Below are positions 26,306 to 36,921 of a DNA stretch of 64,000 bases, piece by piece. How positions within the stretch are numbered: position 1 is the stretch's first letter; each line of letters starts with the position of its first letter. Location of the stretch: positions 112,840 to 176,839 of the IMG/VR virus record IMGVR_UViG_3300031760_000002; one strand, given 5' to 3'. Under the pieces are notes generated by a model that worked only from the letters and a program-made list of their open reading frames with translations, did no database searches and had not been told where the DNA came from. The translations under genes and the position numbers were made by a program. The DNA is from a virus (taxonomy: Duplodnaviria > Caudoviricetes).

Positions 26306-26434
26306 CTCGAAAATCCGGTTGAATGCCGTCCGCGCGACAGGGTTGTCCGATCTACCTGCATCTCCTGGGCGACTTACCGGACGGCCATGCCCCGTCCGGT
26401 TGTTAGTCTACGCGCGGACCACGTCGTTGCTTCG

Positions 26435-27394
26435 CTACTTCGATTCGAACGAATTGAACTTGAGCCCCTCGACGATCTTGTCGAACCGCTTGGCGATGAG
26501 GTCGTCCCTGTCGCCGCCGATACGGACGTTGAGGTAGGCCGGCTCATAGCTCTGCTTGTCGGCCGGAACGCTCTTGTAGCTCTTCTGGAAGAACTGGACC
26601 TCGTACACGAAGTTTCCGTGCTTCACGTCTACGTGCGACGCCACGAACTTCACGCGGGAGGACGGAACGGCGTACTTGCTGCATTCCAGGACCGTCTTCT
26701 TGAGGTCGTCGATCATCGGGGTGACGCGCTGCTTCTTCACCTTCGGCTTGGCGGTCGGCTTCTTCACCGGCTTCTTGAACTCCTTGCCGCCGTCCTTCGC
26801 CAAGTCCACGGACTCGTCTTTGGTGGGCTTCGGCTTCGCCTTGAGCGGCGGACGCATCACGGTGAACGAGGAAACGGCGGTGTCGAACGCCGCGATCGAG
26901 TCCTCCAGGATTGGGGTGACGCGAACTATGGCGGATTCTGAGCATACCCTGGTGGTCCCGGCGTCGTCCTTTTCGGTCTTTCCGACGGACACGGCGAACG
27001 AGACGGAATTCCCGTCGTCAAGCTCCGGGACACGCCTGCCGGAAACGTCGAACCCGCTGAAATCGAACTTGGACCTCTCCACCATGATGCGGAACATGCG
27101 GTCCGCAGGATCGTACCCTGCGCAGCCGGCCGTCTCCTTGCCTCCTTCGACGACCATGCCGGAAAGGGCCTTGCAGACGTCGGCGCAAGACTGCGCCTCC
27201 CTGGACAGGAACCTCATGACGCCCTCCAGCTTTTTTGCCGCATCGGCGTATTCGCCGGCCTTTCGACGGTTGTCGTCGAACATCTTCCTGACGACAGCGT
27301 CCACGTCGAACGGAACCTTGGCCCCGTCGTGGTCATTCTTGCATACGCAAGCCTTCTTGCAAGCATGCTTGCACGTCTTGTTCTCGTGTTTCAT
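26435..27394 (-). CDS. Hypothetical Lys-rich protein
   Basis: Start re-called at MKHENK, downstream of a consensus-like promoter. Confidence 0.75.
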   Translation of the reverse strand: MKHENKTCKHACKKACVCKNDHDGAKVPFDVDAVVRKMFDDNRRKAGEYADAAKKLEGVMRFLSREAQSCADVCKALSGMVVEGGKETAGCAGYDPADRMFRIMVERSKFDFSGFDVSGRRVPELDDGNSVSFAVSVGKTEKDDAGTTRVCSESAIVRVTPILEDSIAAFDTAVSSFTVMRPPLKAKPKPTKDESVDLAKDGGKEFKKPVKKPTAKPKVKKQRVTPMIDDLKKTVLECSKYAVPSSRVKFVASHVDVKHGNFVYEVQFFQKSYKSVPADKQSYEPAYLNVRIGGDRDDLIAKRFDKIVEGLKFNSFESK

Positions 27395-27430
27395 GTGTGT
27401 TTGTTGTTGGTTGGTGGTCAACGCCCGCAT

Positions 27431-27459
27431 ATCATATGAAAAACTTGGTTCTGTGTCAA
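27431..27459 (-). promoter_or_regulatory. sigma70-type promoter
   Basis: TTGACA-17 nt-TATGAT. Confidence 0.8.
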
Positions 27460-28352
27460 GCCGTTTCGGTGGATTCTTTCTTCTTGTCGACGATGAAGCA
27501 CAGGCCCATTATGCCAAGCTCCTCTATGTCGAAGCTGACCCCGGTGTATATCGTATCGGACACGGAATCCTTGACCCCTATCCTCACATGCGCGCCGGTC
27601 CTCGGCACGAACGTCATGGAGTCGTTGTTCGTAGGGAGTATGACCGTGATCCCGTACAGAGACCTTACAACGGCGACGGCCGACACGTTGAAGGTCGTCT
27701 CCGTCGTGCCGATCTGCACTCTCGTACGGCGCTTCGACCATTCCTCGAACGGGCCAGGCTTGACGACCTCCTTCTCGACGACCTTCTCGACCTCCTTGTA
27801 TACAGGAACCTCCTTCGTGACGTATACGGGCTTCTCCACGACCTTCTCAACGACCTGCGACCGCCTTTTCCTGGCCCCCTGCTTCACCGATGGGGCCTCG
27901 ACGGCCACCTCCTCGGAGACAACTGGAACGGACTCCGTACGAACGGGAACGGGCTCCGTGCGAACGGCCTCGCTCGCGGTTGCGTCGACGGAGGAGACCG
28001 GACCGCCCTGCTCGGGGGCCGGGCCATCCCCGACCTTCATCTTCAGCAGTTCGACCTGCTCCTCGGTGAGCGCCCCGTGCTGCGCGACGTGCATCTTGTT
28101 GTACGGGGAGTTGGACGACGGGTGGTCGTACAGGGCCGGGTCGTTGTCATCGATGCCGCCGGGGATCGGAGGCAACTCGCCGCGTAGCCTCTTGTTCATG
28201 TTCGACGCAGCCTCCATGTAGTCCACGGGCTTCCCGTACGAGATGGCCTTCTTGTTCGGTGGGATGCCGCCCACGCCGAGCTGTATCCCCGAACCGTCGG
28301 TCCTCGGAACCCTGGGAAAATCCTTCAAAGAATCGAATGTGACGTTTTCCAT
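27456..28352 (-). CDS. Hypothetical protein with VEKVVEK low-complexity repeats
   Basis: 298 aa, GGAGG RBS. Confidence 0.75.
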   Translation of the reverse strand: MENVTFDSLKDFPRVPRTDGSGIQLGVGGIPPNKKAISYGKPVDYMEAASNMNKRLRGELPPIPGGIDDNDPALYDHPSSNSPYNKMHVAQHGALTEEQVELLKMKVGDGPAPEQGGPVSSVDATASEAVRTEPVPVRTESVPVVSEEVAVEAPSVKQGARKRRSQVVEKVVEKPVYVTKEVPVYKEVEKVVEKEVVKPGPFEEWSKRRTRVQIGTTETTFNVSAVAVVRSLYGITVILPTNNDSMTFVPRTGAHVRIGVKDSVSDTIYTGVSFDIEELGIMGLCFIVDKKKESTETA

Positions 28353-28362
28353 GCGTTGCCTC

Positions 28363-29127
28363 CTATAGAAATTCCGATTTGAATTCGATGCCGGACATCG
28401 ACGATATCTCCCCGTCGTAATCGCGGCACCTGTTGCGATACCTTCTGTTTATGCCTATCACGTCGACGAAGGGCTCCGGCTTCCCGTCGTCCGACGCCGT
28501 CTTGACCGACTTGGGGAACAGCACCCTGGCGTTGTCGGTGTAGCCGTAGTTGTTGTCGATCAGGTACTGGCATGCCGCGCCATGCGACATGTCGTGGAGC
28601 AGCCCGCCAGGCATGAACTCCGACGGCCTCGCCATGAACGGGCACGTCGGGTCTATGACATGCGGGCAGCACACGTTGTTTGAGCCTATCTGCCAGAAGT
28701 CGTCGGAATACCCGTTGAGCGCGTATCCGCAAATGCCGGTCGCATGGGCCATGACCCATCCGGAAAGCTGCACCATCTTGACGGAGTGGTCGTCCGCAAG
28801 AACCCTCTCGACCTTGGAAAGCCCCATTCGGAAAACGGGCCACCAGAACGGGGGAAGCACGAGGACCGGCCTGTCCTCCTTCACCCGTACGTTCAGGAAG
28901 AACGACTCGACCGTTGCGGCTACGGCGGACGTCGTGTTCATCGCCGAAACGGAGGCCCTCACGAACGGTATGCCGTCCCTCTCCAGCATCCCGGACACGC
29001 GGGACGACCCGGAGATGAAGATCGGCTCGGACGACTCGATCCTGTCGGGAACGGCTGACACGTAGGCCGAGCACATGCTCTCTATGCACGGGATGGACGC
29101 GGACGGAACCGGGATCAGCACTTTCAT
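28363..29127 (-). CDS. Hypothetical protein, possibly glycosyltransferase-related
   Basis: Start re-called at MKVLIPV (ATGA overlap with the GT8 gene). Confidence 0.6.
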   Translation of the reverse strand: MKVLIPVPSASIPCIESMCSAYVSAVPDRIESSEPIFISGSSRVSGMLERDGIPFVRASVSAMNTTSAVAATVESFFLNVRVKEDRPVLVLPPFWWPVFRMGLSKVERVLADDHSVKMVQLSGWVMAHATGICGYALNGYSDDFWQIGSNNVCCPHVIDPTCPFMARPSEFMPGGLLHDMSHGAACQYLIDNNYGYTDNARVLFPKSVKTASDDGKPEPFVDVIGINRRYRNRCRDYDGEISSMSGIEFKSEFL

Positions 29128-31001
29128 TTCGAGCACTCCATCGCGATCCTCCTGTTGAGCAGGAAGGCGGTCGCATAATGCCTCATGGACTCCGGTAGGG
29201 CCGTAAGGTCGAACTTGGTCTTCGCGCCAAGCGTGACGAAATGCACCGCGTACGGAACCTTCCCCGACTTCGACACGTCGTCGCGATACGACGGGAACCA
29301 CAGGTAGTCCGATATGTCGAAGATCTCGTCGTCCCTGGCACACTTTACGGACGAGTAGTCGTCGTTCACATGGCAGCACCTGGACCACATGCTCCTGAAC
29401 AGGAACCTCCTCATGTCGGACTTCGGATTGAACAGGAAGAACCCGCCGAGCGGGAACGCGGACGTGTCGTACATCTCGATTCCGAGGTTCCTCGAGATCC
29501 TGGTCCGCCCGACGATCATGTTCCTGTCGGTGAAGGTGTCGCACAGGGCGAACAGGTCCTCCACGTCCCTGAGCACGTACACGTCCGTGTCCATGAACAG
29601 CACGAAGTCGTCGATGTCCAGCACCGACGAGCACAACTGCGGAAGGTAGCATCCGATGCCGGCCCACCTGTTGTTGAGGTCGAAGCACTCCAGGTCGACC
29701 TTCGACGGGACGTCGTAGAACCTGCACGAATCGTGCCTGCCGAGCTTTTCGCACACGGCGTAGAACGAATCCTCGTTGCGGCCGGAGCATCCGTCCGAGT
29801 CCGTAAGGAAATGGAACGAAAGCGCCGATCCCGTGTGCTCCATGGCGGACATGGCCGTCGGAAGGGCCATCTCCACGAAATGCCCGCGCCCGGTGAACGA
29901 CATCACGACGTTCCTGGCGGAACCGTTCGATCCATGGTACGGCTCCGCGATCCGCTCGACCGACGGGATGTTCCTGTACTCCCTAAACGACGTCTCGCAC
30001 CTCAGCTCGCCGACGGCCCGTATCCTGTCGGCAAGGACGACAGCCGGGTTCACCTTCCTGGCGAAAGGGAACGCGAAAGCGTCCGAATTCCTGTACGCCA
30101 CCTTGTACGAGGTGGTATGGATGAACAGCGTCCTTCCCGGGTTGTCGATCTCTTCCTCTTCGTCCTTCGTGAGCTGCCTTCCCATGAACCCGGAATAGTT
30201 CGGGCGGTTCGAATCCCCGTTGTTGAAGGTGACCGTCAGCGCAAGCAGGGGGTCGAATATGTCGAAGTCCAGGCCTTCGTCTATGAGCAGCATGTTTATC
30301 TCGCTCTGGTCGTGCCATGCCGCCTGTATTTCCGTCTTCGGATCTACCTTGTCAGGGTAGACGTCCCTCCTAACTATGTTCCAGTACGATTTCAGCAGCG
30401 CCCAGTCGTTGTCCCTGAGCATCCTGGTGTTGAACAGGAGGAGCCCCGTGCAGACCTCGAAGTCGATCCCGTTCCTGGAAAGCCTCCTTATCCCGTCCTT
30501 CTTGTGCACATACGGGTCCAGCGTTCCGACGAGCACGTTGGATCCGACGTTCGACAGCCTGTCGACGGACCCACCGTTGGAGAAGACGTCGTTGTCGAAG
30601 CACAGAACCTCGTCGTACTCCGGGAACAGCTCCGCGCAGCACGGCTTGCACAGGGCCATCCTGGCGAACCTGCCGTCGTTCCTGGACCTGGATTCCGACA
30701 CCCTCGCTACGTCGTCCCTGAACCTGGACCGACCGATGTATTCGTATGTGTCCACGACCGACACCGACACGTCCTTCCCGGGGAAGAACACGGGAACCGA
30801 CTTCAGTATGTCCCTGAACCGCCTTGGAACGCCCTTGGCCAGGATCCTGATGTCCAGCGGGACATCCGAGTACATGCACACCGACACGATACTGGTAAGA
30901 AGCATCTGCAGGGGGTCCATCCCGTTCGACGACCTTACGTCCACCGACGCGTCCATTATGTAGAACACGCCGACCCTTCCCATGCTTCCAATCCGTTCCA
31001 T
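29124..31001 (-). CDS. Tandem glycosyltransferase family 8-like protein (two GT-A domains)
   Basis: DxD motifs VLCFDNDV and VLFMDTDV; TGLLLFN and GGFFLFN; HDQSEIN; AVHF. Confidence 0.8.
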   Translation of the reverse strand: MERIGSMGRVGVFYIMDASVDVRSSNGMDPLQMLLTSIVSVCMYSDVPLDIRILAKGVPRRFRDILKSVPVFFPGKDVSVSVVDTYEYIGRSRFRDDVARVSESRSRNDGRFARMALCKPCCAELFPEYDEVLCFDNDVFSNGGSVDRLSNVGSNVLVGTLDPYVHKKDGIRRLSRNGIDFEVCTGLLLFNTRMLRDNDWALLKSYWNIVRRDVYPDKVDPKTEIQAAWHDQSEINMLLIDEGLDFDIFDPLLALTVTFNNGDSNRPNYSGFMGRQLTKDEEEEIDNPGRTLFIHTTSYKVAYRNSDAFAFPFARKVNPAVVLADRIRAVGELRCETSFREYRNIPSVERIAEPYHGSNGSARNVVMSFTGRGHFVEMALPTAMSAMEHTGSALSFHFLTDSDGCSGRNEDSFYAVCEKLGRHDSCRFYDVPSKVDLECFDLNNRWAGIGCYLPQLCSSVLDIDDFVLFMDTDVYVLRDVEDLFALCDTFTDRNMIVGRTRISRNLGIEMYDTSAFPLGGFFLFNPKSDMRRFLFRSMWSRCCHVNDDYSSVKCARDDEIFDISDYLWFPSYRDDVSKSGKVPYAVHFVTLGAKTKFDLTALPESMRHYATAFLLNRRIAMECSK

Positions 31002-31002
31002 G

Positions 31003-31701
31003 CTACTTAGGAACCCCCGGCGCGCCCTTCATGGCCGCCTTCATCCTCTCCCCCTCGACGATCCCCTTCCCAAAGTCCGGCATGCCGGGAGGGACGTCGT
31101 CCTTGTGCGACTGGTACCATTTCGGGTCCGTCGGCACGACGGTCGACCCGGCCACGACACCGGGCTTGTTCGAGATGGGCTTGCCGGACGCCGTGGTCAT
31201 TATGGCCAGGTTGTTCTCGAGAACGGACCTGAGGTCGTCCTTCATGTCCTCGTGGACGACCGGCTTCACGTCCTCGCGCACGGCCTGCGTGACTACCTTG
31301 TCGTTGACCGGATTGCCGGACTCGTCTATGAAGTTCGATTCGGCCTGTATCCTGGCCTCCTTTTCCCTCTCGGCCCGTATGGCCTTGGAGATGGCCGACT
31401 GCCTCTCTATTCTCCTGGACACGATCCTGTCCACGAGCTTGTCGAAACCTCCCCTGGAATCCGCCCTGCACGCCGTGCCGGGCTCGTCCAGAAGCTCCCC
31501 CTCGACCCAGTCCCTCACAATGGACCTAAGGACGCGGAGATCGTTGTCGGACAACCTTACTTTGAACCCCTTGGTGTCCTTCCGTATCCCGTCGTAGGCC
31601 GACACGAATACGTCAAGGTCCCTGGACCTTCCACCGGGAAGTATGGTCTTGTTGGCCAGCTTCGAATACTTCTGCGAGCCGGAATCGTTTATCAGGTACA
31701 T
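31003..31701 (-). CDS. Hypothetical protein
   Basis: 232 aa, GGAGG RBS. Confidence 0.7.
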   Translation of the reverse strand: MYLINDSGSQKYSKLANKTILPGGRSRDLDVFVSAYDGIRKDTKGFKVRLSDNDLRVLRSIVRDWVEGELLDEPGTACRADSRGGFDKLVDRIVSRRIERQSAISKAIRAEREKEARIQAESNFIDESGNPVNDKVVTQAVREDVKPVVHEDMKDDLRSVLENNLAIMTTASGKPISNKPGVVAGSTVVPTDPKWYQSHKDDVPPGMPDFGKGIVEGERMKAAMKGAPGVPK

Positions 31702-31762
31702 TCGTCGTCCTCCGTCTATAGCGGCTGGCCCGCCGGCAGGGGCGGGCCGTTCCGCCGTCCGT

Positions 31763-32026
31763 CTACAGGGAAGCCTGGGCCCTGCACAGGCGCTCCTCGA
31801 GGGCCGCCCTGTACATCGACATCGCCTTGCGCTGCTTCTTCAGCATGCGGAGGTTGCACCTGTCGTCCTTGGTCCTTCCGACCATGGACTCGAGCTTGTC
31901 GATGGCCGCGTCGATCTTCACGAGGCGGTCGATGAGCTGCTTGAGCTCCGCCTGCAGCCTCCTGACGAACGCCGGAAGCTTGGCTACGACCGACGCGACT
32001 CCCTTCTTGCTTGTCTTTTCCTTCAT
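31763..32026 (-). CDS. Small coiled-coil protein
   Basis: Start re-called at MKEKTSKK; QRKAMSMYRAALEERL C-terminus. Confidence 0.65.
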   Translation of the reverse strand: MKEKTSKKGVASVVAKLPAFVRRLQAELKQLIDRLVKIDAAIDKLESMVGRTKDDRCNLRMLKKQRKAMSMYRAALEERLCRAQASL

Positions 32027-32559
32027 TTTTTGTTTTTCCCTTCGGCACCTGCTGTTGCGGACGACGTACGGTGCCGCTCCGTCGCCTCGCACATCGCCAG
32101 AGACAGCCTCCTCCTGTACCTGGATTCGGCCTTCTCCAGCCTCCTTTCGTTCCTTCTGCGGTGGAACCCGCCGTTGCACCGGTGGCCCGATACGCCGTTG
32201 CGCATGTCCTCCATGTACGACCTGTACGACTTCAGGAACAGCTCCCCCTCCTCCGTTATCGTGTAAGCCAGCGCACGGTTGAACCCACGCTTCACCACGG
32301 GTTCGCCCCTTCCGGGAGGCAGCCTCAGCGGCAGCCTCCTTATGAAGGAGTTCCTCTCGGCCGACCGTACGATCCGTTCGCAAAGGTGGGTCGCCTTCCT
32401 TCTTCCAAGCGACAGGGCTCTGCCCTCGCCGAGCACGGCGCAGGTCATTTCCCAGACGGACACCGGCCTCTCCCTGGTGAATATGCCAAGGAGCTCCGAC
32501 ATCCTCCGCTGGACCCTGTGCGCCTGCGGTATGGAGAAAAAGCCCTGTCCCTTCTGCAT
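32023..32559 (-). CDS. Putative winged-helix DNA-binding protein
   Basis: Basic protein with YTITEEGELFL, typical of wHTH wing ends. Confidence 0.45.
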   Translation of the reverse strand: MQKGQGFFSIPQAHRVQRRMSELLGIFTRERPVSVWEMTCAVLGEGRALSLGRRKATHLCERIVRSAERNSFIRRLPLRLPPGRGEPVVKRGFNRALAYTITEEGELFLKSYRSYMEDMRNGVSGHRCNGGFHRRRNERRLEKAESRYRRRLSLAMCEATERHRTSSATAGAEGKNKK

Positions 32560-33329
32560 CAGTAAAGGCCCACGACCTTGACCTGGTCCTTGCGGGCCTC
32601 CTCCGGCGTCACGACGCCCTTCTGGGACATCCCGGCCGGAAGGCCCGACGGAAGAACGATCTTCCTGGCCCTGTCCTCCGCGTCCTTGTTCCTGTCGATC
32701 TCCGGATCCTTGTCGAAATCGGCGTCCTCGACGAGGCCCTTGAACTTATCCAGGGCACCCTTCCGGAACGCTTCGGCCGCCTTCAGCATCGTGCGGTACA
32801 GGGAGACGATGTTCTCCTTGCGCTGCTCCTTCATGGTGTTCACCATCGGGGAAACCGCGGGAACGCCGTCGAACGTGGCGATGACGACGGCACCGTCCAT
32901 CCTGGAGCGCGCGAAGCACTGTGAGGCTGTCTGCTCGAACGCCAGCATGCAGTAGTCGCCGGGGAGCACGAGCTTGGCCAGCGCCTCCATGGCCCCCGGT
33001 ATCGACATGCCCTCGATCTCCGCGCCTCCGACAATGTAGGGGCCTTCCCACCTGGGCTCTCCGTCCTTCGGCGGATCCGACTTCTCCTCGTTCTCGAAGG
33101 AATGGACGGACACCTTGATGCCCTCCATCTCCTCCTTGGACTTCGTCTCGGCCAGCCGTTCCGTGATGCAGTCCATCACTGAGAACACGTCGCGCCCCAC
33201 GATCTTCACCGACCCGTCTCCGGACGACGATTCGAATATGACCTTGGCCATGGTGGACATGACCACCTTCCTCTTGGCCCCTTCGGACCCCTTCGCGGCG
33301 TTCGCCGCATCATTGCTGTTGTCAGCCAT
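32559..33329 (-). CDS. Hypothetical protein
   Basis: 256 aa, coupled. Confidence 0.75.
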   Translation of the reverse strand: MADNSNDAANAAKGSEGAKRKVVMSTMAKVIFESSSGDGSVKIVGRDVFSVMDCITERLAETKSKEEMEGIKVSVHSFENEEKSDPPKDGEPRWEGPYIVGGAEIEGMSIPGAMEALAKLVLPGDYCMLAFEQTASQCFARSRMDGAVVIATFDGVPAVSPMVNTMKEQRKENIVSLYRTMLKAAEAFRKGALDKFKGLVEDADFDKDPEIDRNKDAEDRARKIVLPSGLPAGMSQKGVVTPEEARKDQVKVVGLY

Positions 33330-33702
33330 TTTTCTCTTGCTCCTTTTTCTGTTTTGCGAATACCTTCGCCAAATGCTCGACGTATGCCTTGCCGAGGTCC
33401 GTCATCCACCGCATCGATACGGTAGGCCCGGCCTTCGGGTCCGGGAACCTGAAATTGACGACATAGTCCCTTCCCTCCGTGGGCAGCTCCCTGGCCATCT
33501 TCATGTACACCTCACCGATCTGCATCAGCTGGCCTTGGGTGAACTCGGGCCCCTTCGGCGCACCCTTGACGACTTCGTACATCCTGCCTTCATGCTCGAC
33601 GTACTCGGTCTCTCCGGGGCCTGCCGCGCCGTTCCAGGGCCCATGGGCTCCGTCCATATGTCCCTGGGCACCAACGGTTTGTCCGTCAACGGAATCGGCC
33701 AT
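33322..33702 (-). CDS. Hypothetical protein
   Basis: 126 aa, overlaps the next gene. Confidence 0.7.
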   Translation of the reverse strand: MADSVDGQTVGAQGHMDGAHGPWNGAAGPGETEYVEHEGRMYEVVKGAPKGPEFTQGQLMQIGEVYMKMARELPTEGRDYVVNFRFPDPKAGPTVSMRWMTDLGKAYVEHLAKVFAKQKKEQEKNG

Positions 33703-33703
33703 C

Positions 33704-34174
33704 CTACAGCTCTATGGTTTTCTGGTTGCCGGTCCCCGGGACGCCGTCCGGCCGATCCTGGCTGACGTATGACCGTGGGCCGACGGAAAGGTCATTGGAG
33801 GCCATGACCTGCTTGAACTGCGAATCGCTGCTGACGATGTAGTTCCAGCTGGAGGACAGGTCCTTCATGTCGTCCCCGTCAGGCACGAGGGACATGGACG
33901 AGATGCCGAACGCGGACATGACGCCGCCGATCGACTCTATGGCCGGGTACACCCACTTGGACAGGCCGTCCGGAACGCCGTCGAAGAACTCGGTCTCCGT
34001 GGGCCTGAGGCTGTGGCCCCCCATGGTCTCGAACGAGGAAAGCCTCATCGACCTGATGCCGCACGACTGCATTAGCTGCGACAGGGCCTTGGCTGCCTGC
34101 ATGGACAGGTTAAGCATGGCCTTGCCGTCCTGGTGCGACATTATGGACTGCACCCTGGTGATGTTCATCTTCAT
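33704..34174 (-). CDS. Hypothetical protein
   Basis: 156 aa in operon. Confidence 0.7.
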   Translation of the reverse strand: MKMNITRVQSIMSHQDGKAMLNLSMQAAKALSQLMQSCGIRSMRLSSFETMGGHSLRPTETEFFDGVPDGLSKWVYPAIESIGGVMSAFGISSMSLVPDGDDMKDLSSSWNYIVSSDSQFKQVMASNDLSVGPRSYVSQDRPDGVPGTGNQKTIEL

Positions 34175-34177
34175 GGG

Positions 34178-34438
34178 TTATTCGGCCCTCATGAGCTTGA
34201 GCTCGTTGTCCTTCTTGATCTTGATGCGATACGACGCCTCGACCTTGTTTATTATCAGGTCCCTGCTCTCCTTGTCGGCTACCAGCGTGCCGTTGCACTC
34301 CTCGGCGTCCACGAACTGGATGATCGGTCCGGCGCACTCGCCTCCGAAGTAGGTGGGCTTGAGCGTGATGACGCCGCCTTCCTGCTTCACGATCTCCATG
34401 TCTCCCTGGCTGGGCATGATCAGCTTGATGAGTTTCAT
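34178..34438 (-). CDS. Hypothetical protein
   Basis: 86 aa, GGAG RBS. Confidence 0.7.
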   Translation of the reverse strand: MKLIKLIMPSQGDMEIVKQEGGVITLKPTYFGGECAGPIIQFVDAEECNGTLVADKESRDLIINKVEASYRIKIKKDNELKLMRAE

Positions 34439-34447
34439 TTGGTTCTC

Positions 34448-35356
34448 CTATCGAATTACGTTGTTCCCCTCTTCGGTGCAGCAGTAGACCCCTCCCGGGA
34501 GGTCGAGAACCTCCCTTGCGATGTCCTGGTACAGTGTGGTTTCCAGACCATGCATGTCCGACAGGTTGTCATTCCACAGCTGCACCGTCTCGTTCGCGAA
34601 CGAGATGTACGTGAACGGGCTGCTGCAGCCATCCGGGTTCACGGTGTCCGTATCGAAGAAGACCGGATTGTCGCGGAACGCCGCCCGTAGAAGGGCCTCC
34701 TTCGACGAGTACCCCATCGTCGTAGAGGACATCACGGTGACGTCAAGAACGACATTGCCGAACTCCCTCTTCGTCGGAAGAAGCAGCTTCAACGCCTCGC
34801 GCTTGGACGGGTCGTCCACATACAGGACGAGCCTCATCGTGGACTCGTCGTACGCGATCTTGATCTGGGGATCCTTGCCGAACAGCGCCTTGATCTTGCG
34901 GACGTACGTGTTCCAAGGAGCGGAAAGCTTTAGGGCCTCCTCCTTGGTGATTGGCCTCTGGTAGCCCAGCGTGGCCTGCCCGGATCCTGTCTCCGGGTCT
35001 ACGGCAGTCGTCTCGCCCCAGCTGTCGAGCACGGGACAGGCTTTGTTCGCGAACGGGCAGTCGCCCAGCTGCGGTGGGTACGTGGGATGCACGATTCCCG
35101 TGCACTTTCCGTCCTTGAACTTGTCGCATCCGTCGCGACAGGTCTTGCCATACCAGCACCTACAGTCGTTCTTGCGCTGGGTAACCTTCTCGACGACGTA
35201 TTCACCGTCCGCAAGTTCCCGCTGTGATTTCACTCCTTCCATTTCTATTTTCCTTTCATGTTGTCTTTTGTACTTGCAGTTCCTGCAATCTCCCTCGATA
35301 CAGTTTGCCGTAGGATACGGCCCTGGTTTGTAGGGGCAGTCAACCGGCTTTTTCAT
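34448..35356 (-). CDS. Hypothetical protein with Cys-rich N-terminal modules
   Basis: 302 aa; several Cys clusters, then a globular domain (LSAPWNTY...VQLWNDNLSD..G..TTLYQDIA). Confidence 0.75.
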   Translation of the reverse strand: MKKPVDCPYKPGPYPTANCIEGDCRNCKYKRQHERKIEMEGVKSQRELADGEYVVEKVTQRKNDCRCWYGKTCRDGCDKFKDGKCTGIVHPTYPPQLGDCPFANKACPVLDSWGETTAVDPETGSGQATLGYQRPITKEEALKLSAPWNTYVRKIKALFGKDPQIKIAYDESTMRLVLYVDDPSKREALKLLLPTKREFGNVVLDVTVMSSTTMGYSSKEALLRAAFRDNPVFFDTDTVNPDGCSSPFTYISFANETVQLWNDNLSDMHGLETTLYQDIAREVLDLPGGVYCCTEEGNNVIR

Positions 35357-35920
35357 CCTTCTTGTCTATCTCCATCAGTCTATTTTTCCAACTTTTACAC
35401 ACCTTACCGTTATCCAGCTCATTACACAGTTTCATAAGCGAGGACTCCTTCACGCCCCATAATTCAGATAACGGACCTACAGTATCTTCATTCACCAGGA
35501 CACTGACGCTATTTGGATGTCTCAGTTTCATCCTTCTTCTCCTTGTTTTCCGTCCCTAGACTTAGCTTCGGAGTCGTAAGCACCGCGAACATCGCGAACA
35601 CGGCGGCGAAGTACGGATGGCTGTACAGTACCATGACGACGGCCGCCGCAAGGAACGACAGCATCGGCACCATGCACAGAAGCATGCATAGGATGTTGTA
35701 TACCGCCGTCATACGAATTTCGTCCCAAAGATTAGCACCCTACTAGTTGTCAGCAGGAACCTGATGTCGTGGTTGACCCTAGCCTCGAGATCGTCGCCGC
35801 TGGATCCGTCGTCGCTGTACGACGTCACCGTGTGCCACCTGAACGGAAAGACCCTCTCCTGCAGCTCGTACCTCCGAGTGAGCCCGCTTTCCTTCGACAC
35901 GTACCTTACGATCCTAAGCT

Positions 35921-36289
35921 TCATTCCTTCATTCCATCCTTGTAAAGCTTTGCGACCCTCTCGTCAGCCACCTCCGACGTGCACGCATCAATCACGTCGT
36001 CAGAATCCTCGTCCACGTACAGGACGAACGGAGCCTTGTCTCCATAATACGGCAGTGACCGTATGACGTTGTAGTCCACCCACTCTACTGCGTCCGTATC
36101 CGGATCTTCGGAGTCCCTGAACTCCTTCGAGAACGTCTGCACGAGACGCTCGTAGTCGTAGATGAACCTTCCGGACTCGACGTCGAACGCCACGATGGCC
36201 GGATAGTAGGCCTCGCGCTCATCCTCGTTTCCGATGAGCACGGAGACCGGGCTCGTCTCCGCGATTTTGCCGACTTCCTCCTTGGTCAT
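35921..36289 (-). CDS. Hypothetical phage protein
   Basis: Start re-called at MTKEEV; DAVEWVDYNVIRSLPY motif. Confidence 0.65.
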   Translation of the reverse strand: MTKEEVGKIAETSPVSVLIGNEDEREAYYPAIVAFDVESGRFIYDYERLVQTFSKEFRDSEDPDTDAVEWVDYNVIRSLPYYGDKAPFVLYVDEDSDDVIDACTSEVADERVAKLYKDGMKE

Positions 36290-36921
36290 TTCGTAACCTC
36301 CGAATCGAACTTGGCCTGGATGTCGGCGAAGCAGTCGTACATGCCGTCCACGCACAGCTGCCTTAGGATCTCACGTGCTACCGCACGGATCTCCCACTGG
36401 GCATGCCTGTCCAGTCGAAGCTGCAGGAAGTGACGCCACTCGCGGAAGTTCGCGGTCATGTACAGCGAGGTCTGGTAGCCTTGCGGCATGGCGAACCTGG
36501 CGTCCTCCGGAGGTACGCCTTCGGTGAGCATCGCCCTATAGAGCGCGTACGACTTCTTCATGTGTTCCGTGTACTGAAGCATGAGCGCATCGTCCATCGA
36601 AGCTGAATGAAGCTTTGCCGGAAGAACGAACCCGCATCCATTCTCCGCATCGTACTTCGTGTATCGGTCGCTCTTCTGGCTGAAACTGGCTAGGCGGTGC
36701 CGCACGATCTGGTGGCTACACGCCCTGCTGATTCCTTCGATGAGGAACGTGGCAGACGCGTGCTCCAACGGAGACTCGTGCCCGTTCTTGATGAGCTTCC
36801 TGATGAACTCGGAGTTCACCTTCGGGTCGAACGGCTCGTTCTTCGAGTCGTACGAGATGCGGGCGCAAGTCTCGATGAGCTTCTGCGGTTCCGGCGTATG
36901 TGTAATTCGTGTGACGTGCAT
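36286..36921 (-). CDS. thyX: FAD-dependent thymidylate synthase
   Basis: GHESPLEH; SRACSHQIVRHRLASFSQKSDRY (RHRx7S signature); EDARF; HAQWEIR. Confidence 0.97.
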   Translation of the reverse strand: MHVTRITHTPEPQKLIETCARISYDSKNEPFDPKVNSEFIRKLIKNGHESPLEHASATFLIEGISRACSHQIVRHRLASFSQKSDRYTKYDAENGCGFVLPAKLHSASMDDALMLQYTEHMKKSYALYRAMLTEGVPPEDARFAMPQGYQTSLYMTANFREWRHFLQLRLDRHAQWEIRAVAREILRQLCVDGMYDCFADIQAKFDSEVTK

